Positions 40,588-40,776 of a DNA stretch of 40,776 nucleotides are shown here, piece after piece. Origin of the DNA: Candidatus Methylomirabilia bacterium (lineage in GTDB: Bacteria > Methylomirabilota > Methylomirabilia > Rokubacteriales > CSP1-6); NCBI GenBank assembly GCA_041492755.1, contig JBGPXN010000023.1, positions 1-40,776 on the forward strand, given 5' to 3'. Position numbers and translations under genes: made by a program. A model generated the notes under the pieces. That model had not been told where the DNA came from. It worked only from the letters and a program-made list of their open reading frames with translations, and did not search any database. Within the stretch, counting starts at the first letter, position 1; each line of letters begins with the position of its first letter.

Positions 40588-40776
40588 GTGAGCGCTCCCC
40601 CTCGTCCCGTGTCGCTCGCCCTCGCCGCAATCCGGGCCGCGCTGGGGGCGCTCATCCTCGGCGGCGTGGCGCTCAATTTCGCGAACGTGGTCGGCCGCTA
40701 CGTGTTCTGGAAGCCGATCATCTGGGCCGAAGAGGTCCTGGTGTTCATCATGATCTGGTGCGTGATGCTGGGGGCC
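40588..40776 (+). CDS. TRAP transporter small permease (DctQ-like), partial
   Basis: Manual translation ...LNFANVVGRYVFWKPIIWAEEVLVFIMIWCVMLGA carries the DctQ VxxRY...W.EE signature; runs off window edge. Confidence 0.8.
   Translation, partial: MSAPPRPVSLALAAIRAALGALILGGVALNFANVVGRYVFWKPIIWAEEVLVFIMIWCVMLGA

Noticed and set aside
36244..40676. Long minus-strand ORFs (819 aa and 642 aa)
   Set aside because: Antisense shadows of the ubiD, LLM and CoA ligase genes.

Overview
A high-GC (roughly 70%) bacterial chromosomal segment; gene style and intergenic repeats tentatively suggest Candidatus Rokubacteria/Methylomirabilota (inference only). Most of the window is minus-strand housekeeping DNA. 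In transcription order it holds: TetR-ECF sigma; rplU-rpmA-obgE-proB-proA-nadD-rsfS; dksA-like, lapB-like, comF; gap-pgk-tpiA-secG-oppABC-tRNA-Leu(GAG); a Cache-HAMP adenylate cyclase; and a tightly packed lipA-nuoABCDEFGHIJK-pdhABC-lpdA-acyl-CoA dehydrogenase run that has no nuoLMN. Three things stand out. (1) A lower-GC islet (about 33480-34930) carries a dinD 3' remnant, a sigma70 promoter overlapped by tandem NrdR-like boxes with a perfect DnaA box just downstream, and a two-gene cassette (unknown 131-aa protein plus an atypical dCTP deaminase); this is a candidate nucleotide-pool or defence module. (2) A plus-strand cluster encodes a UbiD enzyme of the phthaloyl-CoA decarboxylase type, an LLM flavin oxidoreductase, a CoA ligase and a TRAP permease, with a divergent M20 amidohydrolase. 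(3) A family of modular intergenic repeats (about 48-bp hairpin units capped by a conserved terminal hairpin) occurs at three or four sites.
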